From assembly GCA_045635765.1 (NCBI GenBank), contig JAZTWH010000070.1, forward strand, positions 1 through 47,315: a DNA stretch of 47,315 nucleotides, in the 5' to 3' direction. This document shows positions 35,035-45,548 of the stretch, piece by piece. The notes beneath the pieces were generated by a model. That model worked only from the letters and a program-made list of their open reading frames with translations, was not told the DNA's origin and did not search any database. This DNA comes from Eubacteriales bacterium. GTDB lineage: Bacteria > Bacillota > Clostridia > Oscillospirales > UBA644. Each line of letters starts with the position of its first letter. Positions within the stretch are counted from its first letter, which is position 1. The position numbers and the translations under genes were made by a program.

Positions 35035-35970
35035 TTACTTTTTTTTGAGCTTCTCTAAAACTTTTAAAAAGTGGCTTGGAAGTTCCGATTGAAGCTCCAA
35101 ATATTCTTTCGAAATCGGATGAATGAATCCGATTTTTTTGGCATGCAAGCATTGCCCGGAGAGTCCGAGTGTGTCCGCATTTTTGGGTGCATATACGGGA
35201 TCTCCTACGATTGCATGGCCGTTAGCGGACATGTGGACCCGGATTTGATGCGTGCGGCCCGTTTCTAAGCGAAATCGAAGATGAGCATATCCCGGAAAGT
35301 CCTCTAAAACCTCATAGTGGGTTATGGCGGGTTTTGAATGAATGGGAGTGATTGCCATCTTCTTTCGATCTTTTGAATCCCGACCTATGGGGGCGTTTAT
35401 CGTCCCTTTTAAATCTTTCAAATGTCCAATTACGATTGCTTCATATTCTCTTAAAAAGGAATGTTCTTTAATTTGTTCCGCAAGACTCAAGTGTGCCTCA
35501 TTGGTTTTTGCCACAATCAAAAGGCCTGAGGTATCCTTATCGATGCGATGAACAATTCCGGGACGCATCATCCCGTTGATCCCCGATAATTCACCTTCAC
35601 AATGGGCTAATAACGCATTGACTAAAGTTCCGTCCGGATTTCCTGCGGCAGGATGCACTACCATTCCTTGCGGTTTGTTCACAACCAATAGATGTTTGTC
35701 TTCATAAACGATTTCTAATGGAATATCTTGGGGAATCGCCTCAATGGGTTTCGGTTCAGGAATACGAATGACAACAACGTCTCCCCCTTTAACCTTCATG
35801 CTCTTCCCTGCCGGTTTTCCGTTTAAAGTAACGTTCCCTTGTTCAAGCAAAACAGAAACGGCCGAGCGGGAAAAAACCTGCTCGGCAGAATCGTTAAGGC
35901 ATATGGAAAGATACTTATCAATCCGTTGCGGAAGGATTTCCGGAGGAACGGACAAGACACGCTCAATCAT
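35035..35970 (-). CDS. rluD: RluA/RluD family pseudouridine synthase with S4 domain
   Basis: VNKP.GMVVHP, GIVHRIDKDTSG, LETGRTHQIRVH, GD..Y, LHA. Confidence 0.92.
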   Translation of the reverse strand: MIERVLSVPPEILPQRIDKYLSICLNDSAEQVFSRSAVSVLLEQGNVTLNGKPAGKSMKVKGGDVVVIRIPEPKPIEAIPQDIPLEIVYEDKHLLVVNKPQGMVVHPAAGNPDGTLVNALLAHCEGELSGINGMMRPGIVHRIDKDTSGLLIVAKTNEAHLSLAEQIKEHSFLREYEAIVIGHLKDLKGTINAPIGRDSKDRKKMAITPIHSKPAITHYEVLEDFPGYAHLRFRLETGRTHQIRVHMSANGHAIVGDPVYAPKNADTLGLSGQCLHAKKIGFIHPISKEYLELQSELPSHFLKVLEKLKKK

Positions 35971-36455
35971 GGGTCAACGATCTCTCCTTTTGAGAAAAGG
36001 AACAGTATTGCAAATAAAATCATACCGCAACAAACGAAGATGTCAGCAACGTTAAAAACCGCGAAGTCAATAAGATAGAAATCAAACATATCAACAACGA
36101 ACCCATGAAAAACGCGGTCAATTAAATTGCCAACACCACCGGAAAACGTGCAGACCAAGGCAATTCTCGCGAACGCAGAACGGACAATGCCCCGATAGAG
36201 CACAGCGAAAATGAGAGAACAAAGTAATATGGTCAGGATAATAAAAAACCAAGTTTTCCCGGCGAGAATACTGAATGCGGCACCGGTATTTTCACAGTAA
36301 TGCAATCGGAATACACCGGGCCAGATCTCAAAGGTTGAAATCGGCTGGAGATTTTGGTAGGCCAGAGCCTTTACAAACTGATCCAAACCGACGATGGATA
36401 CAAAGATCAGAGCATATCCAAGCCATTCAGATGCAGAACGCTTCATGAAACTCAA
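35967..36455 (-). CDS. lspA: Signal peptidase II
   Basis: DQ..K, N.GAAFS, G..GNLIDR, VVDM, FNVAD. Confidence 0.95.
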   Translation of the reverse strand: MSFMKRSASEWLGYALIFVSIVGLDQFVKALAYQNLQPISTFEIWPGVFRLHYCENTGAAFSILAGKTWFFIILTILLCSLIFAVLYRGIVRSAFARIALVCTFSGGVGNLIDRVFHGFVVDMFDFYLIDFAVFNVADIFVCCGMILFAILFLFSKGEIVDP

Positions 36456-37249
36456 TCTTCGTCGTCATCGAAGAAGTCGTCATCTTCGTCTTCCTCGTCG
36501 CGGAAAAAGAGCTTTTTCTTCTTCTTGGGCTCCTTCTTCTTTTTCTTCAATTCGTCTTCGTCAAAGAGGTCTTCCAATCCCTTGGATGCACGTTTTGCAG
36601 ATGCACGTTTTGCAGATTTTTCAAACAAATCTTCATCAAAATCCGCAACCTCTTCCGCTTCGGAGCTTACGGAACCTTCACCGAAGGGGATAGAAATGGG
36701 CTCCTCTTCCCCTGCAGAAGTACTTGCTTCATTAAAAGATTGATTTAAAATATCAAGCGTTTCGGAACCGATTTTAATATCCTCAAACTTCATATTGGGA
36801 ATATCTTCAATCATCTTAATATGGGCAGAATAGGTGTCCAGCAACGAATTCTTGAAGGTTTCGATTTCACCGGTCAATTTCTGGGTAATGGCGTTTTGAC
36901 GGTTTGCTTCCTGCTGAGCCGTTTCAATCAGTTTCTTTGCGTAATCTTCCGCATCGGCGACCAGCCGTTGAGCCTTCTTTCTGGCTGCTTCCAATTCCTC
37001 GGACGGTTCCTGAGGAATTACCACGGGGGCAACTTCCGGCTCGGGAGCAGGCGTGACAGAGTTTTCGACCAGCTCGTTCAGCTTTTCGGTCAAAAGGTTC
37101 ACCTTATTTTTCAGTGCATTTCGCTCCTCGAGAAGGCGGGTATAGTCCACGAGGATTTCATCCAAGAATTGATCGACTTCGTCCCCTTTGTATCCGCCGC
37201 CCTTGGTGCTGGTAAATTCTTTTGTTTCGATTTCTTTTGGTGTAATCAT
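36452..37249 (-). CDS. divIVA: DivIVA domain protein
   Basis: MITPKEI..KEF....GGY...EVD.FLD followed by coiled coil; ATG 37249 after AAGGAG. Confidence 0.88.
   Translation of the reverse strand: MITPKEIETKEFTSTKGGGYKGDEVDQFLDEILVDYTRLLEERNALKNKVNLLTEKLNELVENSVTPAPEPEVAPVVIPQEPSEELEAARKKAQRLVADAEDYAKKLIETAQQEANRQNAITQKLTGEIETFKNSLLDTYSAHIKMIEDIPNMKFEDIKIGSETLDILNQSFNEASTSAGEEEPISIPFGEGSVSSEAEEVADFDEDLFEKSAKRASAKRASKGLEDLFDEDELKKKKKEPKKKKKLFFRDEEDEDDDFFDDDED
36585..36617. repeat. 15-bp in-frame tandem duplication in divIVA (SAKRA x2)
   Basis: GATGCACGTTTTGCA twice in tandem. Confidence 0.85.
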
Positions 37250-37280
37250 AATGGTTATCTCCTTACGTGAAACTTTATTT

Positions 37281-37670
37281 TTAAAATTTGAGTTCCGGAT
37301 CAAGGCTCGCCGCAATATCGCCGGTGACCTCGATTCCACCGGGGGTTATAAGAAAGGTATTCGCGGCAATTTTCTTGGTATTTCCTTGCATTGCATATGC
37401 AACCCCGCTCAGAAAATCAATGAAGTGCCGTGCATCCTTTGCTATCAGTTCCAAGTTGAGAATCACCGATTCGTGATTCAACAAATGATCCGCAATGGAA
37501 AGAAGCTGATCGTTGGAAGGATCGTTTGGACGGAACAGAACAAATTGTTTCTTAGCCTTCCCGGGAACAGCCGACGAAGGGGACTCCTTTCTGTCCGGAG
37601 AAATCGGTTCATTTTCCAACTCAAATTCCTCGCTCTCATCCTTGGGAGCAAAACGGTCGAATAATCCCAT
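37281..37670 (-). CDS. sepF: Cell division protein SepF
   Basis: MGLFD amphipathic N-terminus; IAD.L....VILNL, IDFLSG..YA, FL.TP. Confidence 0.9.
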   Translation of the reverse strand: MGLFDRFAPKDESEEFELENEPISPDRKESPSSAVPGKAKKQFVLFRPNDPSNDQLLSIADHLLNHESVILNLELIAKDARHFIDFLSGVAYAMQGNTKKIAANTFLITPGGIEVTGDIAASLDPELKF

Positions 37671-37692
37671 AACAATACGTCCTTTCTCTTTT

Positions 37693-38346
37693 TTATAGGT
37701 ATAGCGCGGTTCCGACGCGAATCATATTTGATCCGTAACGCACAGCCGTCGCATAATCACTGCTCATTCCCATAGACAATATATCCATAAATTCGTCATA
37801 GGGCTTATTTTTCTTGTATTTCTGATAAATATCGTACATTCTGCTGTAATACTCGTCTTTTGTCTCAATCGGCATAATTGCCATCAAGCCGCGAATACGA
37901 ACGTTTGGTAATTTTAAAACTTTTTGTATCAGAGCATCCAGTTCTTCTTCCGAGACGCCGTATTTTTGGGGCTCTTTCGCAATATTTACTTGAATCAGAA
38001 TGTCTGTGATTTTATCGGAAAGTGCAGAACAACGATTGATTTCTTCTGCCAGGTGAAGAGAATCCACGGAGTGAATCAAATCCGCAAGGGAGATCGCCTT
38101 TTTCACTTTATTTGTTTGAAGATGTCCAATCAAATGTCGCGTTCCAATCATCAGAGAGGCCCGCTCGGACAATGCCTGAACACGGTTTTCTGCAAAATCC
38201 CGCACCCCAACAGATGCAAGCTCCGGGAAGACGCTGGAAGGCTGATTTTTCGTCACGGCGACAATCGTAACGGCTTGTCCAATCCCGTTTTCAGAAACAA
38301 TGCGGGAGACTTCATGTTGAATACGCAAATAGTTTTCGTGAATCAT
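37693..38346 (-). CDS. yggS: YggS/YlmE PLP homeostasis protein
   Basis: VAVTK, ENRVQ, HLIGHLQTNKVK, HSVDS, QVN...E..K.G, LSMGMS.DY..A...GS...RVGT. Confidence 0.95.
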   Translation of the reverse strand: MIHENYLRIQHEVSRIVSENGIGQAVTIVAVTKNQPSSVFPELASVGVRDFAENRVQALSERASLMIGTRHLIGHLQTNKVKKAISLADLIHSVDSLHLAEEINRCSALSDKITDILIQVNIAKEPQKYGVSEEELDALIQKVLKLPNVRIRGLMAIMPIETKDEYYSRMYDIYQKYKKNKPYDEFMDILSMGMSSDYATAVRYGSNMIRVGTALYL

Positions 38347-39587
38347 CAGTGGATGTTTACTACCTTTCCGTCGTAAACTTCTTTTCCGCCAACAACTACC
38401 GAGTCATTTTGGATCAGAGTTTTTGTGGACGATTGTGTATTTGGAGCTACAATTGCAAAATCTCGTTCCTCACTGTAAAAAAGAACGCTGACCGGCTTGA
38501 ATACCAATTTTGCCCCGGAGAGCACATATACCCCGGTCTCCCCTTCCAGGACGCGAATGGCATCTTTATCAACACGAAATCCCGTATAGGACTCCAAAAT
38601 AATCTGGGCATTGCAGATCCGAAGGGAGTAAAGGGCCTCGTCAAAGGAAGAAGATTCAAACACAATGGAAATTTCGCCGTTGGAAGGCTGGGAAACCTTT
38701 GAAACAGTCATGGTCACCGTCTGAGGGCCATAAGCGGCGGTCTCAAAACGCAACGTCCAAAGGGAACCTATGGTAAACCGTTCTTGCTCTGCAGAAGGAA
38801 CCGTACAAAGATAGGTCCAATAAGAAAAATGCTGTAATTTCCCTACGTAATCAGAGGGACGTGTTTGAGGGGAGGTTGCAAGTAGCGACCGAAGGGCATC
38901 CGGAGTGCAATCTTCGTATTTCGAGGCCTTTAACGATTCAAATCCGTCGTATTGGGAAGAAAAATAACCGGCCTGAGATGCCTTAACGGCAGTTTGCTTT
39001 GAGCCGCCGACACTGAGCAGGGTCTTTCGGGTGGATTCGCAATTTGAAAGAATCTGCTGATAATAGGACTTATCTTCGGTAGCCTTAATATTTCGCTTAA
39101 TAAAATAGGAAACCACCTGTTGGGCCGCATCAATATTTTCAGACAGATCCCCTTTTCGGGAAACCGTCAAATATCCTTCGATTGCATCCTTTGTCCGAGC
39201 ATCTAACGTTTTCAGATTGTATTGCGTCGTAGAAGAAATACATTCGGTCAAAAGGGCAATCTGGCGGTCGATAGATTCTACGGCCAGTCGGTCTTCCGCT
39301 GAAATTTCAACCGTACTGTACGTGGCTACCGTATCACCAATAGAAACTCTTTCCCCATCCGAAACCTTATAGTCGATCTCTGCGGGATTTCCGTTTGCGG
39401 AAACAAAAACTTCGTCTCTTAATGCAATCCCGACTACGGGAAACGTATCATCATAGACGGTTGGGATGGCCGGTTCCACGGTAATTTCTTCCGAGGAAAA
39501 AATCGACGGAATAATGCTTGCCGCAAGGTAAATTAAAATCACGGCGACCATGGCCCAAAAGAAAAGAATACTGATTTTACTTTTCAT
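38346..39587 (-). CDS. HlyD/membrane-fusion-like adaptor protein
   Basis: N-terminal TM anchor, GERVS.G..VA lipoyl-like half, A..AGYFS..YDG.E, GVYV; context upstream of yggS. Confidence 0.7.
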   Translation of the reverse strand: MKSKISILFFWAMVAVILIYLAASIIPSIFSSEEITVEPAIPTVYDDTFPVVGIALRDEVFVSANGNPAEIDYKVSDGERVSIGDTVATYSTVEISAEDRLAVESIDRQIALLTECISSTTQYNLKTLDARTKDAIEGYLTVSRKGDLSENIDAAQQVVSYFIKRNIKATEDKSYYQQILSNCESTRKTLLSVGGSKQTAVKASQAGYFSSQYDGFESLKASKYEDCTPDALRSLLATSPQTRPSDYVGKLQHFSYWTYLCTVPSAEQERFTIGSLWTLRFETAAYGPQTVTMTVSKVSQPSNGEISIVFESSSFDEALYSLRICNAQIILESYTGFRVDKDAIRVLEGETGVYVLSGAKLVFKPVSVLFYSEERDFAIVAPNTQSSTKTLIQNDSVVVGGKEVYDGKVVNIH

Positions 39588-39593
39588 AAAACA

Positions 39594-39821
39594 TCAAATA
39601 GGAGAAATGGTAGAAATTGCGTGCTTGTAAATCATGCTTTCCTTCCCGTCCGATTCCAAAAGGATCACAAAATTATCAAAGCTCTTTACAATCCCACGCA
39701 TCTGAAAACCGCTAATCAAATAAACAATGATCGGAGAACGGCTTTTTCGGGCGTTATTCAGAAAAAGTTCCTGAATATTTCCACGGTTGACATGATCCGC
39801 AGACTTCATTTCTTCTGTCAT
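39594..39821 (-). CDS. hfq: RNA chaperone Hfq
   Basis: [31 protein letters not shown]. Confidence 0.96.
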   Translation of the reverse strand: MTEEMKSADHVNRGNIQELFLNNARKSRSPIIVYLISGFQMRGIVKSFDNFVILLESDGKESMIYKHAISTISPI

Positions 39822-39862
39822 AATGAGTACCTCGCTGATGTTGTGTGCTGTATGAAGTGTAC

Positions 39863-40813
39863 TTACATTTTATTATAACATATTTCCCGGTATTTGGCTA
39901 TACGTTCGTAACAAGAGTTCAAAATATTGTCAAAATTCTCACGATCAATAAAGTGCCATTCGATCCGTTTGTCTCTTCGGAACCAGGTCAATTGCCGTTT
40001 TGCATAATTTCTGCTTTCCTTTTGAATTCGTGCCACCGTATCCTCCAGAGAGGATTCTTCGGAGAAATACTCCTCAAATTGGCGGTAACCAATGGCTTGA
40101 CGGGCGGTTTTGGAACATTGGAGAGCCCGCAGTGCCTGAACTTCTTCCAACAGTCCTTCTTCCATCATTCCCGAGACCCGTTGATCAATTCGATTGTAAA
40201 GGACTGCTCGGTCCTCTGCCGTAAGGCCAAAGCACAGAAATTCATAGGGACTTTTCTTTTCCAATGCCCGTCGGTTTTGCTCCGTTTGGGTGATGCCGGT
40301 GTTGTGATACACCTCCAACCCCCGTAAAATACGTTTTTTATCCTTTGGAAAGAGACGTTGGGCCAATTCCGGGTCAATAGTTGCGAGCCTGGCAAGCATC
40401 TCCTCTCCCCCCAACCGTTCGTAATCCGATTCTAAGGATTTTCGGTAATCCTCGTCCTCAGTTTCTTCGGATAGGGTTAAATTTTGTAGAAAAGAAGATA
40501 CGTAAAGCCCGGTTCCCCCCACTAAAATCGGTAATTTATTTCGGGATAGGATCTCTTGTACACAGCGGTTAGCATCATCCAAATACTGTTTCAGCGTGTA
40601 TTCTTCGGTGGGCTCCAAAAAATCCATCAAATGATGGGGAATTCCGCATCTTTCTGCTTCTGTCGGCTTGGCAGTACCAACGTTCATTTTTCGGTAGATT
40701 TGCATGGAGTCCGCCGAGACGATTTCCCCATTCAATTTTTTGGCAAGCTCTATGGAAAGTTTTGTTTTCCCCGATGCGGTGGGGCCGACGATAACGACGA
40801 TAAGAGGCTTCAT
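39863..40813 (-). CDS. miaA: tRNA dimethylallyltransferase
   Basis: [43 protein letters not shown]. Confidence 0.97.
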   Translation of the reverse strand: MKPLIVVIVGPTASGKTKLSIELAKKLNGEIVSADSMQIYRKMNVGTAKPTEAERCGIPHHLMDFLEPTEEYTLKQYLDDANRCVQEILSRNKLPILVGGTGLYVSSFLQNLTLSEETEDEDYRKSLESDYERLGGEEMLARLATIDPELAQRLFPKDKKRILRGLEVYHNTGITQTEQNRRALEKKSPYEFLCFGLTAEDRAVLYNRIDQRVSGMMEEGLLEEVQALRALQCSKTARQAIGYRQFEEYFSEESSLEDTVARIQKESRNYAKRQLTWFRRDKRIEWHFIDRENFDNILNSCYERIAKYREICYNKM

Positions 40814-40821
40814 GGGTCAAC

Positions 40822-42843
40822 TCATTTCAAACGTTTAAATTGTTTTTCAATAGCTTTTTTGGTAAGAGAAAAGACGATTGGCCGGCCGTGGGGACAGTAT
40901 TGCAATTCCTTTTCTCTCCGAAAATATTCGGAAATAAGTACCTCTAATTCCGGGCGAGTGGTCTTATTTCCGGAACGAATGGAAGCTTTGCACGCAAGAT
41001 CGTAATAAAAGCGATCCATAAGGGATTCATCCCGGCCGACGGCCAAAGAATCGGCAAATTGCTGAAGCAGCGGCTCTGCCTGTTCCGGATCGATCAGTGC
41101 GGGAATTTCCCGGATCAGCAAATCATCCCCAAAGGATTCCAAAATAAAACCGAAACGGGAAAGAAAATCTGCATTTTCCGTCAAAATTCTGTTTTCCTCA
41201 ATGCCCAAATGCAGAACGATCGGTTGCAACAACCCCTGGGCGGGAACGGGCCTTTTGCGGAGTTTTTCAAAATTGATCCGTTCGTGCAACGCATGCTTGT
41301 CGATAAAAAGAATCTGATCCTCTTTCTCAACCAAAACGTAGCAATCAAAGCTTTCACCGATGATCCGAAAGGATTGTTCCGTTTGAAACAACACCGGCTC
41401 GTCCTTCGGTTCAACAGTAACGAAGGTTTTTTTGACATTCCCGAAAACCTGCTGTGGTGTCTTCGGTGCCTCTTTTATGGATTCCTTGGGAATTTCGGGA
41501 ACGTAGGAAACGTTTTGATTTGTCCTTGCGGCGGTAATATGGGGTGCAACGTCCCGAAGTACCATTTGGGGTACAGAATTATTCATTGCGGGAGGAGTAA
41601 TCACCCAACCTGATGTGGAGATCTTTGTTTCCGGTGCGGACTTGGCCGCTACTTCCTTTGGTTGCTCAACGGTCTTTTTTGGGGGAGTTTTTGGGACAGT
41701 GGAGGCGACAGAATGTGTACTTTTTTCGATTTTTTCGGAAGATTTCAACGAATTTTCGGAAGAAAACACTTTTGAATACGGGTTAGCTTTTATGGGAGAA
41801 GCAACCTGAGCAACCCGTGGAGCCGGTGCTTCGATTTTCATTTCCACGATTCCGGAATCGGAGGTCAAGGCTGCCTCCGCGGCTTTCCGAACCGCGTATG
41901 CAACCGCTTGCTCTTCGGCAAATTTAACCTCCAATTTGCTGGGATGGACATTAACGTCGATCTTTGAAGAAGGAATTTCGACAAATAAGACACAAACTGG
42001 GACCCGGCCGATCAGCATTTTATTGTGATAGGCATTTTCCAGCCCGGAGGTTAAGATGGGAGAACGAACGTAGCGGCCGTTCAAAAAGAATATTTGCCGG
42101 CTGCGGTTTGCTTTGGAATAGACCGGTTTCCCGACCAGACCGTGAACCCGGACATCACCGCAAGTAACATCCGTTAAGAGGGACATATCGGTAAACTCTT
42201 TTCCGAAAACAGAAAAAACCGTTTGCACCAGGTCTCCGTTTCCCGGTGTTAAAAGCCGTTCGGTTCCATTCACCGAGAATCGAACGGAGATCCGGGGATG
42301 AGAGAGGGCCAGCCTCTCCACAACCGATTGAACGGCACCGGCTTCCGCCGGCTCGGACTTCATGAATTTTAGCCGGGCAGGGGTATTAAAAAACAAGTTA
42401 TTTACCGTGAAAGAAGAACCTTCCGGGCAACCGCATTCTTCCTCGGACAAAATTTGCCCCTCAGAAATATCGAACCGGGTTCCGGCGGTTTTCCTATGCT
42501 CTTTGGTGGTTAGCGTCATATTGGAGACCGCTGAAATTGCCGCCAAGGCCTCTCCGCGGAAACCGAGGGTCGAGATCTTGTTCAGGTCCTCTTCCGTGGC
42601 AATTTTACTGGTTGCGTGCTTCAAGAAGGCTCTTTTCGCGTTATCCGGAGACATACCGCAGCCGTCATCGGTAATACGGATCAACTCAAGACCGCCCCTG
42701 CGAATTTCCACAGCAATATGCTTCGCACCGGCATCAATGGCATTTTCAACCATTTCCTTTACGGCAGATGCGGGTCGGTCGACGACCTCCCCTGCGGCGA
42801 TCAAATTGATTATTGAGGAATCAAGCAGGCGAATATCCGGCAT
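40822..42843 (-). CDS. mutL: DNA mismatch repair endonuclease MutL
   Basis: IAAGEVV.RPAS.VKE..EN..DAGA, GFRGEAL, DVNVHPSK.EV, DKHA.HER..FE, ACK, CPHGRP. Confidence 0.97.
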   Translation of the reverse strand: MPDIRLLDSSIINLIAAGEVVDRPASAVKEMVENAIDAGAKHIAVEIRRGGLELIRITDDGCGMSPDNAKRAFLKHATSKIATEEDLNKISTLGFRGEALAAISAVSNMTLTTKEHRKTAGTRFDISEGQILSEEECGCPEGSSFTVNNLFFNTPARLKFMKSEPAEAGAVQSVVERLALSHPRISVRFSVNGTERLLTPGNGDLVQTVFSVFGKEFTDMSLLTDVTCGDVRVHGLVGKPVYSKANRSRQIFFLNGRYVRSPILTSGLENAYHNKMLIGRVPVCVLFVEIPSSKIDVNVHPSKLEVKFAEEQAVAYAVRKAAEAALTSDSGIVEMKIEAPAPRVAQVASPIKANPYSKVFSSENSLKSSEKIEKSTHSVASTVPKTPPKKTVEQPKEVAAKSAPETKISTSGWVITPPAMNNSVPQMVLRDVAPHITAARTNQNVSYVPEIPKESIKEAPKTPQQVFGNVKKTFVTVEPKDEPVLFQTEQSFRIIGESFDCYVLVEKEDQILFIDKHALHERINFEKLRKRPVPAQGLLQPIVLHLGIEENRILTENADFLSRFGFILESFGDDLLIREIPALIDPEQAEPLLQQFADSLAVGRDESLMDRFYYDLACKASIRSGNKTTRPELEVLISEYFRREKELQYCPHGRPIVFSLTKKAIEKQFKRLK

Positions 42844-42868
42844 AGGTCTGTCCTTTCCTTTTATGAAA

Positions 42869-45502
42869 TCAAATGTCTTTTGCTTGTTTTGCCAGACGGT
42901 AAAGCTCGTTCATGGCTTCGATGGGTGTAAGCAGGGTTACGTCAGTTTTTTTCAGGGTTTCGATAATTTCATCCGAATACGTTGACGTCATGGAGATCTG
43001 AAGATCCTCTTCGACGGGGATTCTTGGCGTTACCGGTCTCAAAGAAGGCTCAGACTCCAATTCGGATAAAACAACCTCTGCACGGCGGATAATTTCCTCG
43101 GGAACACCGGCAAGACGGGCAACTTCTACCCCATAGCTATCATCGGCTCCCCCTTCCACAATCTTCCGCAAAAACAGAATGTCCTTCCCCTTTTTCTTTG
43201 CAGCAATGTTATAATTACGCACGCCCGGAATTTCATCCTCTAACGCGATCAGCTCGTGATAATGAGTGGCGAAGAGTGATTTGCCCGAAATTTTTTGAGT
43301 TGTGTATTCCACCACGGCCCGGGCAATGCTCATTCCGTCGAAGGTGGAGGTTCCCCGGCCGATTTCATCAAAAATCATCAGGGATTTCTTGGTTGCATTT
43401 TTAACGATATACGCAACTTCGGTCATTTCAACCATAAAGGTGGATTGCCCCATAGCCAAGTCGTCGGATGCTCCCACTCTGGTAAAAATTTTATCGCAAA
43501 CACCTATGGTTGCCGAGGATGCCGGCACAAAGGATCCAATTTGAGCCATCAGGATAATAATGGCAACCTGACGCATATAAGTGGATTTTCCGGCCATGTT
43601 GGGACCTGTGATAATTGCGGTTTTATGATCCCGGCGGTCCAGATACGTGTCGTTGGGAACAAACATATCGTCCCGAAGGACAGATTCCACCACAGGATGC
43701 CGCCCGTTTTTAATGTCAATAACGTCACTTTCATTGACAAAGGGGCAGGTATAATTGTTCTTCAACGCCACATGGGAAAGAGACAGCAACGCATCGAGGA
43801 GTGCAATCGCATCGGCCGAACGGCGAATTCGCTCCAGTGCATCGGCCAGTTGCTTTTTCAGCCCGGTATAAAGATCGTATTCAATCTGGACGATTTGCTC
43901 GTTGGCCGTGGTAAGCTGCAATTCAATCTCTTTTAATTCCGGAGTTATGTACCGTTCCGCATTGACAAGGGTTCCCTTACGGATGTAATACTCGGGAACC
44001 AAGTGAGCGTTGAGCTTGGTTACTTCAAGATAGTATCCGATAATTTTGTTGTATTTAATTTTAAGATTCTTAATGCCCGTCTTTTCTCTTTCTGCAGTTT
44101 CAATATTAGCAAGAACTTGCTTTGTATTGGAAAGCAGATTTTGCAATTCATCCAGTTTTTCATGGTATCCCGGGCGAATCATCTTTCCTTCCCGGATCAG
44201 CACAGGGGGATCGTCCACGATGGCCTGTTCAATCATGGAGCAAAGATCCTCGAGAGGGTCTAAATCATCGTAGATTTTCTTCAACAAGGGCGGATCCATA
44301 ACCTTTAAGATCCGCTTAATTTCAGGAAAAACAGAGAAGCTAACACACAAGGCCCGCATGTCGCGAGGATTCAAGGTATCGTAAACGATCTTCGTCATCA
44401 ACCGCTGAACATCCCGGACGTTATTCAAAAGCTCCCGCAATTCGGTCCTCTCCAGATGGGAGTCGTAGAGTTTGCGTACCGCATCCTGACGGGCCATAAT
44501 CGAAGGAATATCCAGCAACGGCTTCTCCAAAAATTTTCGCAATTGACGGGCACCCATTGCAGTGCGGGTTTTATCCAGCACCCCGAGAAGGGATCCTTGC
44601 CGCTCCTTACCTCGCAGGGTCTCAACAATCTCCAGATTTCGCCAGGTAGAATAGTCCAATTCCATGTACTCCCCGTCGGTCACATGACGGAGATCCTTCA
44701 TATGAGACAGATCGCACAACTGGGTTCTTTGGAGATAGTCCAAAAGTCCGCCCGCAGCCTTCAAGAGCAATTCACCCTCGGGGAGATTAAGATCCCGAAT
44801 TTCTTTTCCCGTCTGCCGTTCAATTCGCTGGATACAATCCTTTAAGCGGAAGCTTTCGGACTCTCCTTCCTTCACGGAACAGTGTCCTAATTTTAAAACG
44901 TATTCCCGAATCAGAGCCGCATCCCGGGCGGTCTTATTTACATAGATCTCCCTTGGAGAATAACGGCAAAGATGGGACAACAATGCAGGATCGGCAAGTT
45001 TAAAGACATCCGTCAAAAAGAAATCACCGGTAGTTACGTCCGCATAGCAGAACGCAGCCTTCCCCTCGTCGGCACAGATTCCGACGATGTAGTTATTTTT
45101 CTTTTCATCGAGCATTGCGGGCTCGGTGACGGTTCCGGGGGTAATAACGCGGGTTACTTCCCGCCCCAGGACCTCGTTGGAGTTTTCCGCTTTATTTTGC
45201 TCGCAGATTGTCACGCTGAATCCTCTGGAGACCAGTCTGGAAATATAATTATCCACACTGTGGAAAGGCACTCCGCACATGGGAGCCCGTTCCTCCAGGC
45301 CGCAATCTCTCCCGGTCAAAGTCAAATCCAACTCCCGGCTAACGGTGCGGGCATCATCAAAGAACATCTCGTAAAAATCGCCGAGACGGTACATAAGGAT
45401 ACAATCCTTGTGGTGCTGCTTCAGTTCAAGATACTGCCGCATCATGGGAGACAGTTTCTCTACTGCAATGACTTCACCCTGATCTGTGATAATATCCGAC
45501 AT
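42869..45502 (-). CDS. mutS: DNA mismatch repair protein MutS
   Basis: PMM.QY, GDFYEMF, TGPNMAGKSTYMRQ, STFMVEM, DEIGRGTST.DG, FATHYHEL, SYG..VA.LAG. Confidence 0.98.
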   Translation of the reverse strand: MSDIITDQGEVIAVEKLSPMMRQYLELKQHHKDCILMYRLGDFYEMFFDDARTVSRELDLTLTGRDCGLEERAPMCGVPFHSVDNYISRLVSRGFSVTICEQNKAENSNEVLGREVTRVITPGTVTEPAMLDEKKNNYIVGICADEGKAAFCYADVTTGDFFLTDVFKLADPALLSHLCRYSPREIYVNKTARDAALIREYVLKLGHCSVKEGESESFRLKDCIQRIERQTGKEIRDLNLPEGELLLKAAGGLLDYLQRTQLCDLSHMKDLRHVTDGEYMELDYSTWRNLEIVETLRGKERQGSLLGVLDKTRTAMGARQLRKFLEKPLLDIPSIMARQDAVRKLYDSHLERTELRELLNNVRDVQRLMTKIVYDTLNPRDMRALCVSFSVFPEIKRILKVMDPPLLKKIYDDLDPLEDLCSMIEQAIVDDPPVLIREGKMIRPGYHEKLDELQNLLSNTKQVLANIETAEREKTGIKNLKIKYNKIIGYYLEVTKLNAHLVPEYYIRKGTLVNAERYITPELKEIELQLTTANEQIVQIEYDLYTGLKKQLADALERIRRSADAIALLDALLSLSHVALKNNYTCPFVNESDVIDIKNGRHPVVESVLRDDMFVPNDTYLDRRDHKTAIITGPNMAGKSTYMRQVAIIILMAQIGSFVPASSATIGVCDKIFTRVGASDDLAMGQSTFMVEMTEVAYIVKNATKKSLMIFDEIGRGTSTFDGMSIARAVVEYTTQKISGKSLFATHYHELIALEDEIPGVRNYNIAAKKKGKDILFLRKIVEGGADDSYGVEVARLAGVPEEIIRRAEVVLSELESEPSLRPVTPRIPVEEDLQISMTSTYSDEIIETLKKTDVTLLTPIEAMNELYRLAKQAKDI

Positions 45503-45548
45503 TGCTTTCTACGTCCTTATCTATAAATTCGCTGTCTTTTCAATCCGT

